DNA of 63,716 bases, the filler included, from Chiloscyllium plagiosum (lineage: Eukaryota), in NCBI RefSeq assembly GCF_004010195.1. It is 4 parts of one record of this genome, joined end to end, with 100 filler letters (N's around TTAATTAATTAA, not from the genome) between each part and the next. Parts side by side here need not be neighbours in the genome. Positions count along the whole stretch, not along the records: positions 59,632 to 63,716 come from NC_057710.1; 3 more parts are not named here. The stretch is one strand, 5' to 3'. The notes under the pieces were generated by a model. That model searched no databases. It had not been told where the DNA came from and saw nothing but the letters and a program-made list of their open reading frames with translations. Below, in pieces: positions 62,129-63,716 of the stretch. The position numbers and the translations under genes were made by a program. The stretch's first letter is position 1; the number at the start of each line of letters is the position of its first letter.

Positions 62129-63454
62129 CTTAAGAACCTCATCTCACATTACAGGCATACACCTGCTGGTAGGTGAGCTGCCACGACACAGAAGCTACAA
62201 GCACAAAATCAGCTTATCATCTTCAAACGAGGTACCTCAATCAAAGGCACTTAGTGCTTGATCAAGGATCTGAAGATCAGGAATGGGTGATTCACTGGGA
62301 GCCATCCCCATGCCCTTGAATCCTCTCTATACTGTAACATTACTTCACTGTGATCTGGAGCTCTCCACAATCCTGTGATCCTGGAGCATATCCTATTGAC
62401 AGCAGCCACATTCTCCCCAATAGACCTGCTCAACACAAGAACTGTCAGCCTCTGATAGAGCAGCAGTTCTTCGTAGGCGAGACTTACCACTTGAGTTTTC
62501 TTTCTTGAAGAAGACTCGTCATTGGCTCTGTCACTATCTGGCATGCAGTTTGGCAGGCATTACTGAGAAGTGCCAGTGTGGGTCTCACCAATTATCCAGC
62601 TGGTAGGAAAGACACCAACTCAAAAAGGTTCTGCAAATTTTCAATGTATTCGCCCAGTCAAAACCTTTCAGAATTTTAAAACCCCTTTCAGGTCATCTCT
62701 CAGTTTTCATGTTTCAAAAGTAAAGAGATCCATCTCTCAATCCTGTTTTGATATGCGCACTCATGTATTTCTGGTACTCTCTGGACATGTTTTCTCTGCA
62801 CCTTCTCCAGTACTGCCATATTGTCTTTCTTAACCCTATCTCATTTCCTTTTCTACTTACTTCTCTATGGAGTCCCACTGCTGCTTAGTTTGCTCTTTCC
62901 TTTTGGCAGGAGATATTTTTGCCAGCACTCTGTTGAACACCATTTTAAAAGTTCCCATTGCTTTTCTACTCAAAGAGCAAATATTATCCAAGATGACGGT
63001 TGAACTTACATATGGTATCACATTGTCTATTACATCCATCTGATCAAGAAGGGACCTTAGTTTAATATCTCACCAAAAGGACAATTTAAGACTTTCTCAG
63101 TTCAGTACTACAGCTAGGTTTTGTGGTCAGTGGGTGACATCTCTTACTGTCTCTTAGTCAGACACTCTGCATTTGAATCCCACCAGAGGATATTACAACA
63201 ATGTCATATGGCCAAACAAGTTGATTATCAACCTGAAAATCCTTCCCAAACATGTCAATGACTGGTGGAAAGAACAGGAAAGATGGATGGTCAATCAAAA
63301 TGTTAGAAAGAACTGTGGAGCCACCAGTATCATTCCCTATAGCTCCAGATGACCATGTGCATGTGTAAAAGCATGTACTGAAGTAATCTGCAACACCTGC
63401 ACAGTTGCTACCTTTGCTATTTGAATTCGTGTATTGCTGGACATCGGAGTGCAT

Positions 63455-63716
63455 CTGGGAAAATTAACAAACAGTGAATTTCACAACTAGTCTTGGAGGA
63501 ACTGTTGGGCGAAGTTCACAATACAGAATCAGATAAGTTAATTGTGGTTTTAAGTCTGTCCAAGAGAAAGGCTGCAGTAGTGAATGGATTCTTTCTTGAT
63601 TATATGTTTTTTGGAGATAAGTCTCTTGATTAAACTTAAAATATAAGCCATAGCTATTAATTTAACCTGGGGCAGTGTTTGAAGAGGAATAAGACGGTGT
63701 TATTTTCTGGGTCTGT
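63455..63716 (+). mobile_element. 5'UTR of another CR1 copy, same family as 32075; continues beyond the window
   Basis: Colinear with 32080-32320 (tcttggaggaactgtt...gtctcttgattaaacttaaaatataagccat...ttattttctgggtctgt). Confidence 0.88.

Noticed and set aside
29800..63450. COQ2/HPSE exons or extra PLAC8 paralogues expected from tetrapod synteny
   Set aside because: No matching peptide found by eye (a lone DCW near 45900 lacks the surrounding COQ2 residues). Short exons could have been missed without TBLASTN.

Overview
Vertebrate (non-bacterial) genomic DNA, almost certainly a cartilaginous fish (shark), inferred from HE1-type V-SINEs and HER1/CR1-type LINE tails. About two thirds of the window is nested retroelements: three L1 (one full-length with TSDs, one young 654-aa intact ORF2 half, one with a complex inversion) plus a rearranged fourth, many CR1 copies (one near full-length with an esterase ORF1), Penelope-like elements (PLEs), solo LTRs, SINEs and MITEs. 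One host gene is readable by hand and is absent from the ORF track: a minus-strand PLAC8-family gene (coding exons 15148-15040, 12582-12458, 8696-8607; 107 aa) with a probable 3'UTR intron. The most striking non-coding signal is about 12 minimal hammerhead-ribozyme motifs in PLE termini. Several sit in ~200-230 bp fold-back insertions flanked by 13-16 bp TSDs, and one family appears to carry a U3-A8 covariant core. Three 100-bp gaps contain an artificial TTAATTAATTAA linker, so adjacency across them is not guaranteed. All family names come from motif recognition, not database searches.
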